The notes under the pieces: generated by a model
Told to the model about the DNA's origin: nothing
The model's input: only the letters and a program-made list of their open reading frames with translations
Database searches by the model: none
Translations under genes and position numbers: made by a program
In this document: piece after piece, positions 22,326-31,432 of the stretch
Layout of the letters: every line of letters starts with the position of its first letter
Numbering within the stretch: the first letter of the stretch is position 1
DNA from: an uncultured delta proteobacterium
Lineage (GTDB): Bacteria > Desulfobacterota > Desulfobacteria > Desulfobacterales > SG8-13
DNA length: 64,000 nt
Direction: 5' to 3'
Assembly: GCA_963848135.1 (NCBI GenBank)
Contig: CAWKCK010000003.1
Coordinates: forward strand, 868,001-932,000

Positions 22326-22694
22326 CTATTCCGACAACCAGGCTTCAGCATCCTCCAACGTATAGAATACGGATACGGTTGTCTTTACATCCATCGAATA
22401 CGCTTCAAACATTCGCGATAGACCGTACTCCAACTCTCTGTTCGCTACAAACGCAACTTTGACATCATTTATTCCTGGTGGAAACTTAGCAGAATATTGG
22501 GCCATTTCGGCAATAATAGATGAATCCAATGCGGACAGGTCGACATCTCTGAAATCCCAGAGTCTACCCATTCCATTCCTATACTTCCTATCCGATACTG
22601 CCGCATCAAACGCGTCGAGGATGATTTCTCTGGTCAAGGGACCGGTAAGCTTAATATAGGCGATATTTTTTGCTTGATCCGCTCGCAGTTCCAT
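22326..22694 (-). CDS. Hypothetical protein (STAS/SpoIIAA-like)
   Basis: LWDFR, KVAFV, YGLSRMF, VF..LEDAEAWL; aaggag RBS. Confidence 0.7.
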   Translation of the reverse strand: MELRADQAKNIAYIKLTGPLTREIILDAFDAAVSDRKYRNGMGRLWDFRDVDLSALDSSIIAEMAQYSAKFPPGINDVKVAFVANRELEYGLSRMFEAYSMDVKTTVSVFYTLEDAEAWLSE

Positions 22695-22737
22695 TGTTTC
22701 TCCTTAAATGTTTCATGCCATTGAAATACTCTACGAC

Positions 22738-22814
22738 GCGTAATGTGCCATTCAGGGGCCGTGCCGTAAAGCAGCGTTGAGGTTTTAGTGATCCCCCTGC
22801 AAAACTGGTTATGT
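22738..22814 (-). repeat. attC site with mutated R' (ATT)
   Basis: Minus strand ACATAAC-CAGTT-TTGCAGGGG...CCCCTGAA-TGGCAC-ATTACGC. Confidence 0.65.
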
Positions 22815-22955
22815 TGATGCTCGTTTCCATACTTCCACGGATCCTGCAGTTCCAGGCTGGATGTTCCTTGGATCAAATTGGTTGATATCTTGTATTGGTG
22901 TTAAATTTCAATAGGGAAATTTTTAGTCGCTGAGGCTTCCATAGAGGGGATTCAG

Positions 22956-23260
22956 TTATTGACAGAATGCCGTCAGCAAAGCTATCGAGCTGATTTTTTT
23001 GTTACGAATAACAAAAAGCATCAATCCCGATAATAATATGGTTACTATAAATACAAGCACAGTATGACGAATACTTTCTGGCATACCGGCACCTAACCCG
23101 AGAAAAGCGCCTGTGTTTTCGGTGTAGCTTAGCCTCAGTAAATCGCCCATATAGTGCAGCGATTCTTTGCCTTCCAGGAAATGTTTGGCGGCGTATTTTG
23201 TACTCTGATCGCATCCAATAAAAGCGAACAATAAAAAAAAGAGGATGAGTGTTTTTTCAT
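22956..23260 (-). pseudogene. lspA: Truncated lipoprotein signal peptidase II homologue
   Basis: DQSTK and ENTGAFLGLG motifs; C-terminal half with the catalytic Asp motifs absent; apparent frameshift in the poly-T after ATG 23260. Confidence 0.7.
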
Positions 23261-23281
23261 AAGTAAAGTCAAAGATTTAGC

Positions 23282-23336
23282 GCATAACGCCGGTATCGGC
23301 AATGCCGATAGCGTTCGGCGATGGTTGGCGTTAGGA
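23282..23336 (-). repeat. attC site (short, 55 bp)
   Basis: gcataacgcc...ggcgttagga with internal tatcggc/gccgata palindrome. Confidence 0.65.
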
Positions 23337-23354
23337 CTTTGAATTAATTAAGCT

Positions 23355-24308
23355 TTACGGCTCTAAATGAATTTGGAAGAATGAGCCACTCTCTAAACGA
23401 AAGATCCAGCGGTTGCCATTTAAGGGTACAAGGGATGATCCTAAGTAACCGCGTAATTCTGTGCGCGCTATTTCCTTCCATCCGTTGGGTGTCCATTCCA
23501 GCAACATGATTTCTTGTCGTGTCTGATTTGGCACCAGCAATCGATCACGCGGAACCGAGTGTATAACCTGCCCGAGACCTATATGGGTGCTTCCAAGTCG
23601 GTGTGTACTTACCCCGGGAAATTCCGCGAACAAAGATAATTTGGCGCCTTTAATTCGATAAAGGCGCAAGACACCGCCGATATGTGGTGTCGCGACGAGG
23701 GCGATATCGGCTTGACCGTCTCCATCAAAATCACCCACGCCTACTGGGTTAAGCCAGCGGTTAGGCTGTCCAAGAAAAGGCGTTGCAGCTATTCGAACAA
23801 TCCGACCGGCTTCAATGCCGTACACGGCCAGAGACGCCCCGAGTTCCGTGTCACTTTCTACAACAATAACTTCATCTTTGTTGTCTCCATTGACATCGGC
23901 AAGACGTGGTTCTAAACCCTCGAAGACTCGATTAATTGGCAAATTGAATTGTAAGCGTTTTCTATCAAAGGTATTAACGACAAGCGTTGATGCTTCCAGT
24001 TGATCGCCAAGAACACCATGCCGATACCGATCGGTCGCGCCAGCGAACCATGCGGTGCTGATGTTTCTATTTCCCACAGCGATATGACTATGGGGTAGTT
24101 GATCTGGTTGCTTTATCTCTAACCTGTCGATAGGGGCCGGAACACTGGGTCTTAGCTTTAGTTCAACGGGAAAAGCAGTGTCGGCGATTGGAAAGAATAG
24201 CATTGTAATGAGCACCGTTATGAAAATAGAACAATACCGGCAGGGGGGATGAGTGACCTCAACTTCCCATTTCCCCAATTTCAGATTTCGGTATAATTTG
24301 CCTTTCAA
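23355..24308 (-). CDS. FG-GAP/VCBS repeat exported protein
   Basis: DVNGDNKDEV and DFDGDGQADIA repeats, RYRHGVLGD, TPHIGG; start uncertain. Confidence 0.75.
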   Translation of the reverse strand: MKGKLYRNLKLGKWEVEVTHPPCRYCSIFITVLITMLFFPIADTAFPVELKLRPSVPAPIDRLEIKQPDQLPHSHIAVGNRNISTAWFAGATDRYRHGVLGDQLEASTLVVNTFDRKRLQFNLPINRVFEGLEPRLADVNGDNKDEVIVVESDTELGASLAVYGIEAGRIVRIAATPFLGQPNRWLNPVGVGDFDGDGQADIALVATPHIGGVLRLYRIKGAKLSLFAEFPGVSTHRLGSTHIGLGQVIHSVPRDRLLVPNQTRQEIMLLEWTPNGWKEIARTELRGYLGSSLVPLNGNRWIFRLESGSFFQIHLEP

Positions 24309-24437
24309 AATGGCACGGCTTTTTCTGGTTTCTCTTAAGTGGCTGGTGGTAATATCGATGCCGCTACGAATAGTAATAAGGCTGCATAAAGGTTAATATG
24401 AAAACATAGTTATTTTAACCTAATTTGAGCGATTGTC

Positions 24438-24535
24438 GAGGTTGCCGCAGCTACAAGGAAGATGTCGTTCCGTCCCGCCGCTGGCGGTATCGGCTATGCG
24501 GGACGGCATATGACGCCGTAGATGCGGCAACCCTC
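24438..24535. repeat. ~98-bp imperfect palindrome (MITE-like)
   Basis: gaggttgccgcagctac / gtagatgcggcaaccctc outer arms, ccgtcccgc / gcgggacgg inner arms. Confidence 0.6.
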
Positions 24536-24742
24536 CAGAGGCGAATAAAGATCGGCAATCCCGACGGGTTTCAAATTTTAAAATCAAACGATGATAGAAT
24601 TCCTTAAAAATAAAGCAGTTCCCCCTCCATCTAAAATTTGAAACGCTCACTTCAGGTTTAATATACTGTAATTATCAAATATAACACTATAATCTTGTTC
24701 CCGAGCCCGGATGAATGCATTGGCTCAGATTGTAAAAAAGAC

Positions 24743-25033
24743 TTAAATTCCGCAGCATTTTTTATACTTTTTACCGCTTCCGCAGGGGCAGGGTTCATTG
24801 CGGCCCACCTTTTCTTCAGCCACCCTTGTTTTTATGGGATTCAGCAAAATTTCCAAGTCTGTAATATCCTCGGGATTATCCGGTGCTAATTCTATTGTAT
24901 ATTTCCAACCGTTTTCTTCAAATATCGATTCTAATTCTTTCACCCGTTCTTCTGTTTGTACACTTACAACAGCGGGGTGCTTTTCAGTGCCCAATTTTGT
25001 CGTCTTTTTACCATCAAATATTTTTTTCATCAT
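24743..25033 (-). CDS. SEC-C zinc-motif protein
   Basis: C-terminal [19 protein letters not shown]. Confidence 0.85.
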   Translation of the reverse strand: MMKKIFDGKKTTKLGTEKHPAVVSVQTEERVKELESIFEENGWKYTIELAPDNPEDITDLEILLNPIKTRVAEEKVGRNEPCPCGSGKKYKKCCGI

Positions 25034-25352
25034 TTCACCATTAAGATATTATTAGGTTCATCAACTGCACAATCGTTAGGCTCCGTGCCAGTTCAAAACA
25101 CCGCGAGTCCCCAAAAATAATCACCATTACCGGCCTGACAAATATTTGTGCCAGGAGATCAATAGTATTTTTTTATCTGGTCTCCGACTATTTTCATTAA
25201 AATATGACAATTATACGGAAAACATGCGTAATTCACAAAGATATTTATCAATGGGGCAATCAGGTTCTTGCGATTAATAGCTGTAGCTCTCGCCAAAGAG
25301 CACTAGAGGCCACATATATCTGTGGTCCGGTTGACCCGATTTTTCTATGTCA

Positions 25353-25751
25353 TCAGACCGCTTCAGATACCCAATTTATATCCCGGATATCGGGATTTGA
25401 TTCGAGCACTTTATTCAAAGCATCTGCGACACGCCGGATCTTTGCAATTGTATGTATTTTCTTGAAAAACTTTCTGATGAACGGTTTTGATGGTTCGATA
25501 AAGCATAAGAATTCATCATTATCACCATCGTGATGACCACATCCGATCCATAGAGGAAACTCATCGTTTTCCAATTCGACCATCCAACCCCAGTCCTCAG
25601 CGCCAATGGCGGTCACTTTAACTCCATAATGCGGTAAGTTTTTTTGAAGATACTCCGCAAGTCTTTTTCCCCATAGTCCTGGGTTTATTTCATCTTCTTC
25701 ACCATTGTAGGGAGGGAATTTGTCGGATCTAAATTCAACTTGGGTCATCAT
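25353..25751 (-). CDS. Hypothetical protein
   Basis: INPGLWGKRLA, EDWGW motifs; clean ORF. Confidence 0.7.
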   Translation of the reverse strand: MMTQVEFRSDKFPPYNGEEDEINPGLWGKRLAEYLQKNLPHYGVKVTAIGAEDWGWMVELENDEFPLWIGCGHHDGDNDEFLCFIEPSKPFIRKFFKKIHTIAKIRRVADALNKVLESNPDIRDINWVSEAV

Positions 25752-25909
25752 CTAATTTCTCTCTTCATTGAACGGTTGTGTCGTAACGCGTTGGATGCAC
25801 CAATATTTTAGATGTGGAACGTGGCTCGATGCTCGGTATAGCGACGCGTTGCGCCAATAGTTGAACAAATTTTTTTCACTCTCAGAAGGCGGGGTGCGCA
25901 GCGATGGCT

Positions 25910-26617
25910 CTATTGTATCTTAAGAGCCTTTACAAAATAGCCGTTGGTTTCTCCTGCGTGGTTGTACACATATTCATCAAGGACAAAACCGACTACTGGA
26001 ATAAACAGTCTAAACCACAATGACAATACCAGCTTAAACGGAGCAAAAATTATGCGTTTAATTTTTCCTTTCGGTGTCAGTTTTCTAAGAAATTGCTGTG
26101 AAATTGCACCGTAGTATCTGAAAAATTTTCCGTTCTCCTGAATAGAAACAATTTCGAAGCCATACTTTGGCAGGAAATGCTCATACCAGTAGCGTGTAAA
26201 ACCGCCATAGAAATGGTAAGGTGCCATATGGATACCCGCACGCATCGGCGCGGTCAATATCAATTCTCCACCGGCGGAGAGGATGCGGGAAAATTCCTTT
26301 ACCGCCAGATCAGGTCTAGGCAAGTGCTCCAGCACTTCAGTAGACATTAAATAATCGAAGGATGCGTTTTTTACAGGGATATCGGTTACGTCGGAGACGT
26401 AATCCAACCCACCATATATGTGATGATCCTCGCCATCGTAGGCACCAAAATCCTGTGCCTTATAATCGCAATGTGAAAAAAACGGTTTGTATTTACAGGA
26501 ACCCGCACCGGCATCCAGAATTTTCGCTCCTTTAGGGAGGGTTTTGGCCCAGTCATTGATGAACATTTTTCGTTCGTATGTCCAAGGCCTAAAAATTCGT
26601 TTGAAAGTATTTTTCAT
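25910..26617 (-). CDS. Class I SAM-dependent methyltransferase
   Basis: ILDAGAG, FD.....EVLEH.P.P, RIL..GG. Confidence 0.88.
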   Translation of the reverse strand: MKNTFKRIFRPWTYERKMFINDWAKTLPKGAKILDAGAGSCKYKPFFSHCDYKAQDFGAYDGEDHHIYGGLDYVSDVTDIPVKNASFDYLMSTEVLEHLPRPDLAVKEFSRILSAGGELILTAPMRAGIHMAPYHFYGGFTRYWYEHFLPKYGFEIVSIQENGKFFRYYGAISQQFLRKLTPKGKIKRIIFAPFKLVLSLWFRLFIPVVGFVLDEYVYNHAGETNGYFVKALKIQ

Positions 26618-26667
26618 CTATCGATAATCTCCGATTATCATATTGTTACCATTGTCTTTCTCAATCA

Positions 26668-26780
26668 GGCTAACGGCAATCTCAGTGGCGCGAGGCTTCC
26701 ACAGCAGGGATTCGTTAGCGGCCACGTATTAGAAACATGCCAAATCGATCCGACCCAGACATCTGCTTCAGCGGTTCGAC
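26668..26780 (-). repeat. attC site, partly eroded
   Basis: R' ggctaac intact at 26668; R''-like gttcgac overlaps the end of the upstream gene. Confidence 0.45.
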
Positions 26781-27472
26781 TGGTAGCGTTCTTCTTTCCA
26801 TGGATCGGCGGAGTTACTGTATCCTTTCGATTCCCAGAATCCTGGCTCATCGCGAGAGGTGACTTTGACAGCCTCCAACCACTTGGCACTTTTGTAGAAG
26901 TAGCGATCGGGAATCACGACGCGCACAGGGGCGCCGTGCTCTTGCGGTAGTTTCTCACCAAAAAAACTGTGGGCAAGGATCACATTCTCCTTTCGGGTTT
27001 CGTTTATGGGCACGTTGCTCGTGTAACCTCCGGAGGCTTCAAAAATTATAAAACCTCCTCTCCCGCGAGGTCTGACTCTATCCATGATTGTTGTCAGACG
27101 AATGCCACTCCACTCGGAATCCAGAAGAGTCCAACCCGTAACACAGTGAATATCGCAGGTGATATGCACTTGTTCCAGGCTGAACAGCTCTTGGTAGGAA
27201 AGGATGGCCGGTCTTTCCACCTCACCGTAGATGCGTATGCTCCAGTTCGCAACAGTAGCAGTCCCAGGCGTACCACCCATATCCCGAATCTTTTCGACCG
27301 CGAGCTGCCCGGGAGGGAGACGAGGCCTTCTGTCCTGTCTGGTGTCAGCGGCCAGAGCGCGTTGCTCCGCGTCCGAGAGTTTAATGAAAGCTCCGGGCAA
27401 CCCTATGCTCACTATGGTGCTGCCCGCTGCGGCCAGGAAGGTGCGCCTGGTGATCTTCTGGTCTTTTTGCAT
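26768..27472 (-). CDS. Molybdopterin-dependent oxidoreductase (sulfite oxidase/MsrP-YuiH family) with Tat signal
   Basis: TRRTFL, RLPPGQ, DIHCVTGW, HGAPVR, YKSAKW, GFWE..GY. Confidence 0.88.
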   Translation of the reverse strand: MQKDQKITRRTFLAAAGSTIVSIGLPGAFIKLSDAEQRALAADTRQDRRPRLPPGQLAVEKIRDMGGTPGTATVANWSIRIYGEVERPAILSYQELFSLEQVHITCDIHCVTGWTLLDSEWSGIRLTTIMDRVRPRGRGGFIIFEASGGYTSNVPINETRKENVILAHSFFGEKLPQEHGAPVRVVIPDRYFYKSAKWLEAVKVTSRDEPGFWESKGYSNSADPWKEERYQSNR

Positions 27473-27618
27473 GGCCCTTCTTTCGTCAGTTGAGTGGTCC
27501 CCGCCGCCTCGGCCAGGCCACGGCGTGAAAGGCGATAGTGAGATGCAACGAGAAACTTGTGCTATTCATGGTATCTCTGTCCCCCTTCTATATGAGGGGC
27601 GTCGTATTCTTCAGAACC

Positions 27619-27747
27619 TGCTAACGCCGCTTTTCACCGGGCGGGTGGCGCATAACGAAAGCCTCCGGTAAGAGAAAAAGTTTGAACAAAACACAGTTCA
27701 AAAGTGCGCCGCTGTGGCCCGACCCGTGTGCGAGAACTTTGTTAGTG
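27619..27747 (-). repeat. attC site (129 bp)
   Basis: tgctaac...gttagtg; internal gggcgggtggc / gtggcccgaccc symmetry. Confidence 0.75.
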
Positions 27748-27790
27748 TTTTTTAAATAATTACGAATGGTTAAGTTTACAATACTTGATA

Positions 27791-28114
27791 TTATTTATAG
27801 TGATACCACCAATTACCATTATTTTCTCTATCTACCGATTCTTGTGATTCTATATCAAAAAGAACATATTTTCTGGCTTCAATTGGCCAATTATATTTCA
27901 CCAATAAGTCCTTCATTTGGTTTTGTATACTTTGTTTAGAGTTCAATTCCATTTTTTCTTTGTCAGTTTGAACGCCAGCAACGAAAACCATATGTTTAGG
28001 ATCAATATAGTAAGCTCCAAACGACCATATTATAGGCTTTATCCCTAAATTCTTAATCAGTGCCTTTAAATCTGATTCTAATCTCCAAATTTTCCATTTG
28101 AGTAAGATTTTCAT
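27791..28114 (-). CDS. Hypothetical cassette protein
   Basis: ATG 28114 directly after attC R'; ESQESVDRENNGNWWY C-terminus; AT-rich. Confidence 0.7.
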   Translation of the reverse strand: MKILLKWKIWRLESDLKALIKNLGIKPIIWSFGAYYIDPKHMVFVAGVQTDKEKMELNSKQSIQNQMKDLLVKYNWPIEARKYVLFDIESQESVDRENNGNWWYHYK

Positions 28115-28117
28115 GAG

Positions 28118-28187
28118 CACTAATGTCTTAGCTGAGACGCCGGTACCGCTTGAGCGGTTCGCGTTGTTCCCAAGCGATTGGTTAGGC
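28118..28187 (-). repeat. attC site with mutated R' (ATT)
   Basis: Minus strand GCCTAAC-CAATC-GCTTGGGA...CCGCTCAAGCGG...TCTCAGC-TAAGAC-ATTAGTG. Confidence 0.7.
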
Positions 28188-28203
28188 AGGTTTCTCGAAG
28201 CCT

Positions 28204-28785
28204 TTAAGCACCGCAATATAGGCAATGTGGCTTATGAACACAAATAATTTCACCGCAATCTGGGCAGGTCCATCGTTCTTTTTCGTTTTTAAAAAAATGC
28301 CTAATCCCATATTTCTTTATTGTATTAAGATTGTCGATCATGCTCATTCCATATTTAGTTCGACACCGCTTGTCCAAATGATTCAGCCAGTCACAGGGAT
28401 AGCTTTCACATTGAAAACAATATTTGTCATCATTTTCAGCTATATTTTCGCAATTCTTGATTCTGCACTCGACCCTTGTTTTAGTTTTTAAATAGTCCTC
28501 TCCTCGGCATCCTGGGCATGAACGCTCGTTTCTAATGTGCGCTTGGCACAATCGGCAATTCATTCCACATGGTGCAATCAGAGTTACTTTAAAATCTTTG
28601 TTTTTTTTAGGCATTTTTGGCATCAAGGATACATTACTGTCGAAATAGGATATATAGAGCTGCCTACCCGAGATTTTAGCAACCCTTTTAGGAAGAGCAT
28701 GTACCGATATACCTTTTGACCTTAACGGTTCTCCTGCAAAAGAGAAGGAAGTGACAAAAAAGCAAATGACTATGTTCAAAAACAA
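28204..28785 (-). CDS. DUF3795-like Cys-rich protein (native start ~28623) fused in frame to an unrelated N-terminal fragment
   Basis: IAPCGMNC.LC, CPGCR, C.IKNC, C.QC..YPC, WTCPDCG; signal-peptide-like 5' part. Confidence 0.75.
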   Translation of the reverse strand: MFLNIVICFFVTSFSFAGEPLRSKGISVHALPKRVAKISGRQLYISYFDSNVSLMPKMPKKNKDFKVTLIAPCGMNCRLCQAHIRNERSCPGCRGEDYLKTKTRVECRIKNCENIAENDDKYCFQCESYPCDWLNHLDKRCRTKYGMSMIDNLNTIKKYGIRHFFKNEKERWTCPDCGEIICVHKPHCLYCGA

Positions 28786-28803
28786 TGTTTTTTTATTTGT
28801 TAC

Positions 28804-28867
28804 CCATAAAGCTTGGATTCAGGTGCGTACAGCGAAGCTGAGCGTCCCTTGTAACCTGTTGTTATGC
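28804..28867 (-). repeat. attC site with mutated R' (TTT)
   Basis: Minus strand GCATAAC-AACAG-GTTACAAG...CAGCTTCGCTG...TTTATGG. Confidence 0.65.
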
Positions 28868-28880
28868 TATGAATTTAGCT

Positions 28881-29933
28881 TTAAATTGATAAGTCAATTA
28901 CCAGCTTTCCGACATGTTTTTTTAATTCAAATTGTTTTTGTGCTTCGGCAACTTGTGACAGAGCAAACGTGTTTGCAACAATGGGTTTGATTTCGTCTGC
29001 TTCAATTCGTTTTATCAGATTCCCAAATACCTCTTCGTCCAGAACAGTGCAACCGAACAGACTTAGATCTTTCAGGTAAAGTGTTCTTACGTCCAATTCC
29101 ACGAGCGGCCCGGCTATAGCACCTGCCGCAGCATATCTTCCAAACGATTTCAACACTTCTAGATGATCGGACCATTGCTTCCCAGCCACTAAATCAATAA
29201 CAACATCAACACTATTTTTGCCAAGTGTTTGAACAACGTTTTCGTTTCTAAAGAGTGTTCGTTCAGCGCCCAGACTAAGCACATCGGCTGATTTCAATGG
29301 GCTGGTGATACCAATTACTTTCGCGCCTCGCGCCTTGGCGAGTTGAATCGCTGCTGAACCTACGCCACCAGATGCACCAGTTACCAAAACGGTGTCGCTG
29401 GCTGTGACATTGGCTCGGGTTAACAGGTTTTCAGCCGTCGAGTAGGAACAGGGGAATGATGCAAGTTCAACGTCACTGCGTGAACTATTAATTTTATAGG
29501 CATGTCTAGCTGCGACAACCGTGTATTCCGCGAAGCCACCGTCGCATTCCGAACCAAAATACCACGGCGATTCCAATACCGAGCCGCCGGCTTCCCGTAT
29601 GCATGGCTCTACAAGTACACGTTCATTTAAGAGGTTTTTTTCAACGTGCTCGCCAACAGCATCGACTCGGCCGCAAACATCAGCGCCTTGTATTCTGGGA
29701 AATTGAATAGCGTTTCCAAGCCAACTCGCATCACTGCTATTTCCGTCAGATTTTGAGTACCAAGCGGTACGAGTATTGATATCCGTGTTGTTTACACCGG
29801 CAGCGCCTACTTTTATGAGAACATCACGAGGCCCAGGGTTTGGTACTGGAATATCTTTGCGCAGCGTCAGTTTATCCAGATCGCCGTGGCCTGTAAGTTG
29901 GATGCCCGACATGATGTTTGGTATGTCGTTCAT
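28881..29933 (-). CDS. Zn-binding/MDR alcohol dehydrogenase family (quinone oxidoreductase-like)
   Basis: VNNTDINTR, QGADVCG, VTGASGGVG; start moved to ATG 29933 (aaggag RBS, after attC). Confidence 0.88.
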   Translation of the reverse strand: MNDIPNIMSGIQLTGHGDLDKLTLRKDIPVPNPGPRDVLIKVGAAGVNNTDINTRTAWYSKSDGNSSDASWLGNAIQFPRIQGADVCGRVDAVGEHVEKNLLNERVLVEPCIREAGGSVLESPWYFGSECDGGFAEYTVVAARHAYKINSSRSDVELASFPCSYSTAENLLTRANVTASDTVLVTGASGGVGSAAIQLAKARGAKVIGITSPLKSADVLSLGAERTLFRNENVVQTLGKNSVDVVIDLVAGKQWSDHLEVLKSFGRYAAAGAIAGPLVELDVRTLYLKDLSLFGCTVLDEEVFGNLIKRIEADEIKPIVANTFALSQVAEAQKQFELKKHVGKLVIDLSI

Positions 29934-29950
29934 TAATAGCTCCTTTTTTA

Positions 29951-30012
29951 GCATAACGTTGCTAATCACCGCGCTTTTTTTTGCGTCGGATGAATTAGCC
30001 TTGATGTTATGT
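29951..30012 (-). repeat. attC site
   Basis: gcataac-gttgctaatcacc...gaattagcc...gttatgt. Confidence 0.75.
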
Positions 30013-30018
30013 GATGTC

Positions 30019-30837
30019 TTAATTCAGAAGAAAAGGACGAATCTTTTCGATAAGCCGATCGGGCTGCTCTTCGATAACTAAATGCCCAGCATCTGGAATT
30101 ACATGTAATAGTGAGCCCGGGATCATTTCGTGCAAAACCTCACCTCGGTCCAACGGTATCCAAGTATCCTCGTGTCCCCAAAGGATTAAAACAGGCCTGT
30201 CAATCTGAGCGTACAAGGGTTGCACCTCATCCGTGTAACCTGAATTTGCCTGTGCAATTTGTCGGTAAAAAGCTGCTTTCCCGTTTGGCTCTGTCCACGG
30301 AAGGACAATCATATCCAGTGTCGCATCATCTATGGGTTTGAATGCTGCTGTTTTGACGTAAGCACGAACAATTGCTTCATGAATATAGTCTGGAACACCC
30401 GCAAAAGCAGCCTCGTGCGCATTGACATGCTTGAAGAAAGGCGAGCCCCAAGGGGAAACCGCCACCGGATCAATAAGTACGATCTTGTCGAAATCGCATC
30501 CACTGATGAGGTGGGTTCGAAGTACCGTCGTACCGCCGAAGTCGTGGCCAACGATGGCGGGCTTCTCAAGTCCCCAGTGATCCAGAAGATGATCTAACAC
30601 CTGGTTCTGAATGCCCAGTGAAACATCACCAGGTGATTTATCCGACTGGCCGTAACCCATAAGATCATAGTAGTATACAGTGAAACCTTGAGAAATTGAT
30701 TCAATAAGATGTCGCAAGTTGAACGAAGACCAGGGTGTACCGTGAACCACGACCACAGGAGGGCCATCGCCACTCACCCCATATCTTACTGTGCGCCCAT
30801 CGAAAACATAGGCCTCGGGTAGCTTCCAATCAGTCAT
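30019..30837 (-). CDS. Alpha/beta hydrolase
   Basis: HGTPWS, GYGQS, GHDFGG (Asp nucleophile), WG..D, AGH. Confidence 0.9.
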   Translation of the reverse strand: MTDWKLPEAYVFDGRTVRYGVSGDGPPVVVVHGTPWSSFNLRHLIESISQGFTVYYYDLMGYGQSDKSPGDVSLGIQNQVLDHLLDHWGLEKPAIVGHDFGGTTVLRTHLISGCDFDKIVLIDPVAVSPWGSPFFKHVNAHEAAFAGVPDYIHEAIVRAYVKTAAFKPIDDATLDMIVLPWTEPNGKAAFYRQIAQANSGYTDEVQPLYAQIDRPVLILWGHEDTWIPLDRGEVLHEMIPGSLLHVIPDAGHLVIEEQPDRLIEKIRPFLLN

Positions 30838-30856
30838 CTATTGAACTCCTATTTAT

Positions 30857-30962
30857 ACATAACGTGGAAGTAAGCTGCGGCCTTGATGAGTCGCGAGCCT
30901 GCACGGTCTTTTCGCGATAAACCGACGAACTACACGCCGTCAGCTCCACTGGGTTGTCAGGT
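30857..30962 (-). repeat. attC site (106 bp)
   Basis: Minus strand ACCTGAC-AACCC-AGTGGAGC...GCTTACT-TCCAC-GTTATGT; extrahelical base in L''. Confidence 0.8.
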
Positions 30963-30974
30963 ATTCAATCATAA

Positions 30975-31334
30975 TCACATCTCAAATCTTATATTTTTTC
31001 TTCCTTCACTCCAGAGAGTAGATAAGCCAATTTCTCTAAGTCTAACCAAATCAGAAACAATAGTCGCAAAGTGATATCCCGCAAGAGCCCCTGCCGCAGA
31101 ACCAAACCGGACGCTACCGTAAGCTATCAGTATTTCGGTTTCGCTTTTGCCCTTGGGATACAGCAAAATATGACCGGGTGCAGGATAGGAGGTGGCATCT
31201 TCATAGCCCACTTTAAAATCCATATCGCTAAAGGGTATCCACATTCCTTCACCACTCCAGCGAACATGAGCAACTTCACCTACAAAAGGCATCACAGGTT
31301 TTAGGTGATTTAGCATTTTCAAAGACAGCATCAA
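30975..31334 (-). CDS. DUF3830 family protein (possibly 5' truncated)
   Basis: HVRWSGE..W.P, TSYPAPG.IL.YP...SETEIL..YG. Confidence 0.75.
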   Translation of the reverse strand: MMLSLKMLNHLKPVMPFVGEVAHVRWSGEGMWIPFSDMDFKVGYEDATSYPAPGHILLYPKGKSETEILIAYGSVRFGSAAGALAGYHFATIVSDLVRLREIGLSTLWSEGRKNIRFEM

Positions 31335-31373
31335 ATTTAAAATTGTCTATTTCGATTATCATTTATCATATAT

Positions 31374-31432
31374 ACCTAACATTGAAGATCACCTGCACGC
31401 TTTACCGTGTCCGGTGTATTGTCTTGTTAGGG
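31374..31432 (-). repeat. attC site (59 bp)
   Basis: acctaac...gatcacc...ggtgtatt...gttaggg; the upstream ORF reads into it. Confidence 0.8.

Noticed and set aside
25760..25910. attC between the methyltransferase and the 25353 gene (also candidates at ~25040-25082, ~19160-19400, ~22250-22330)
   Set aside because: Only isolated R-like heptamers; pairing too poor to call
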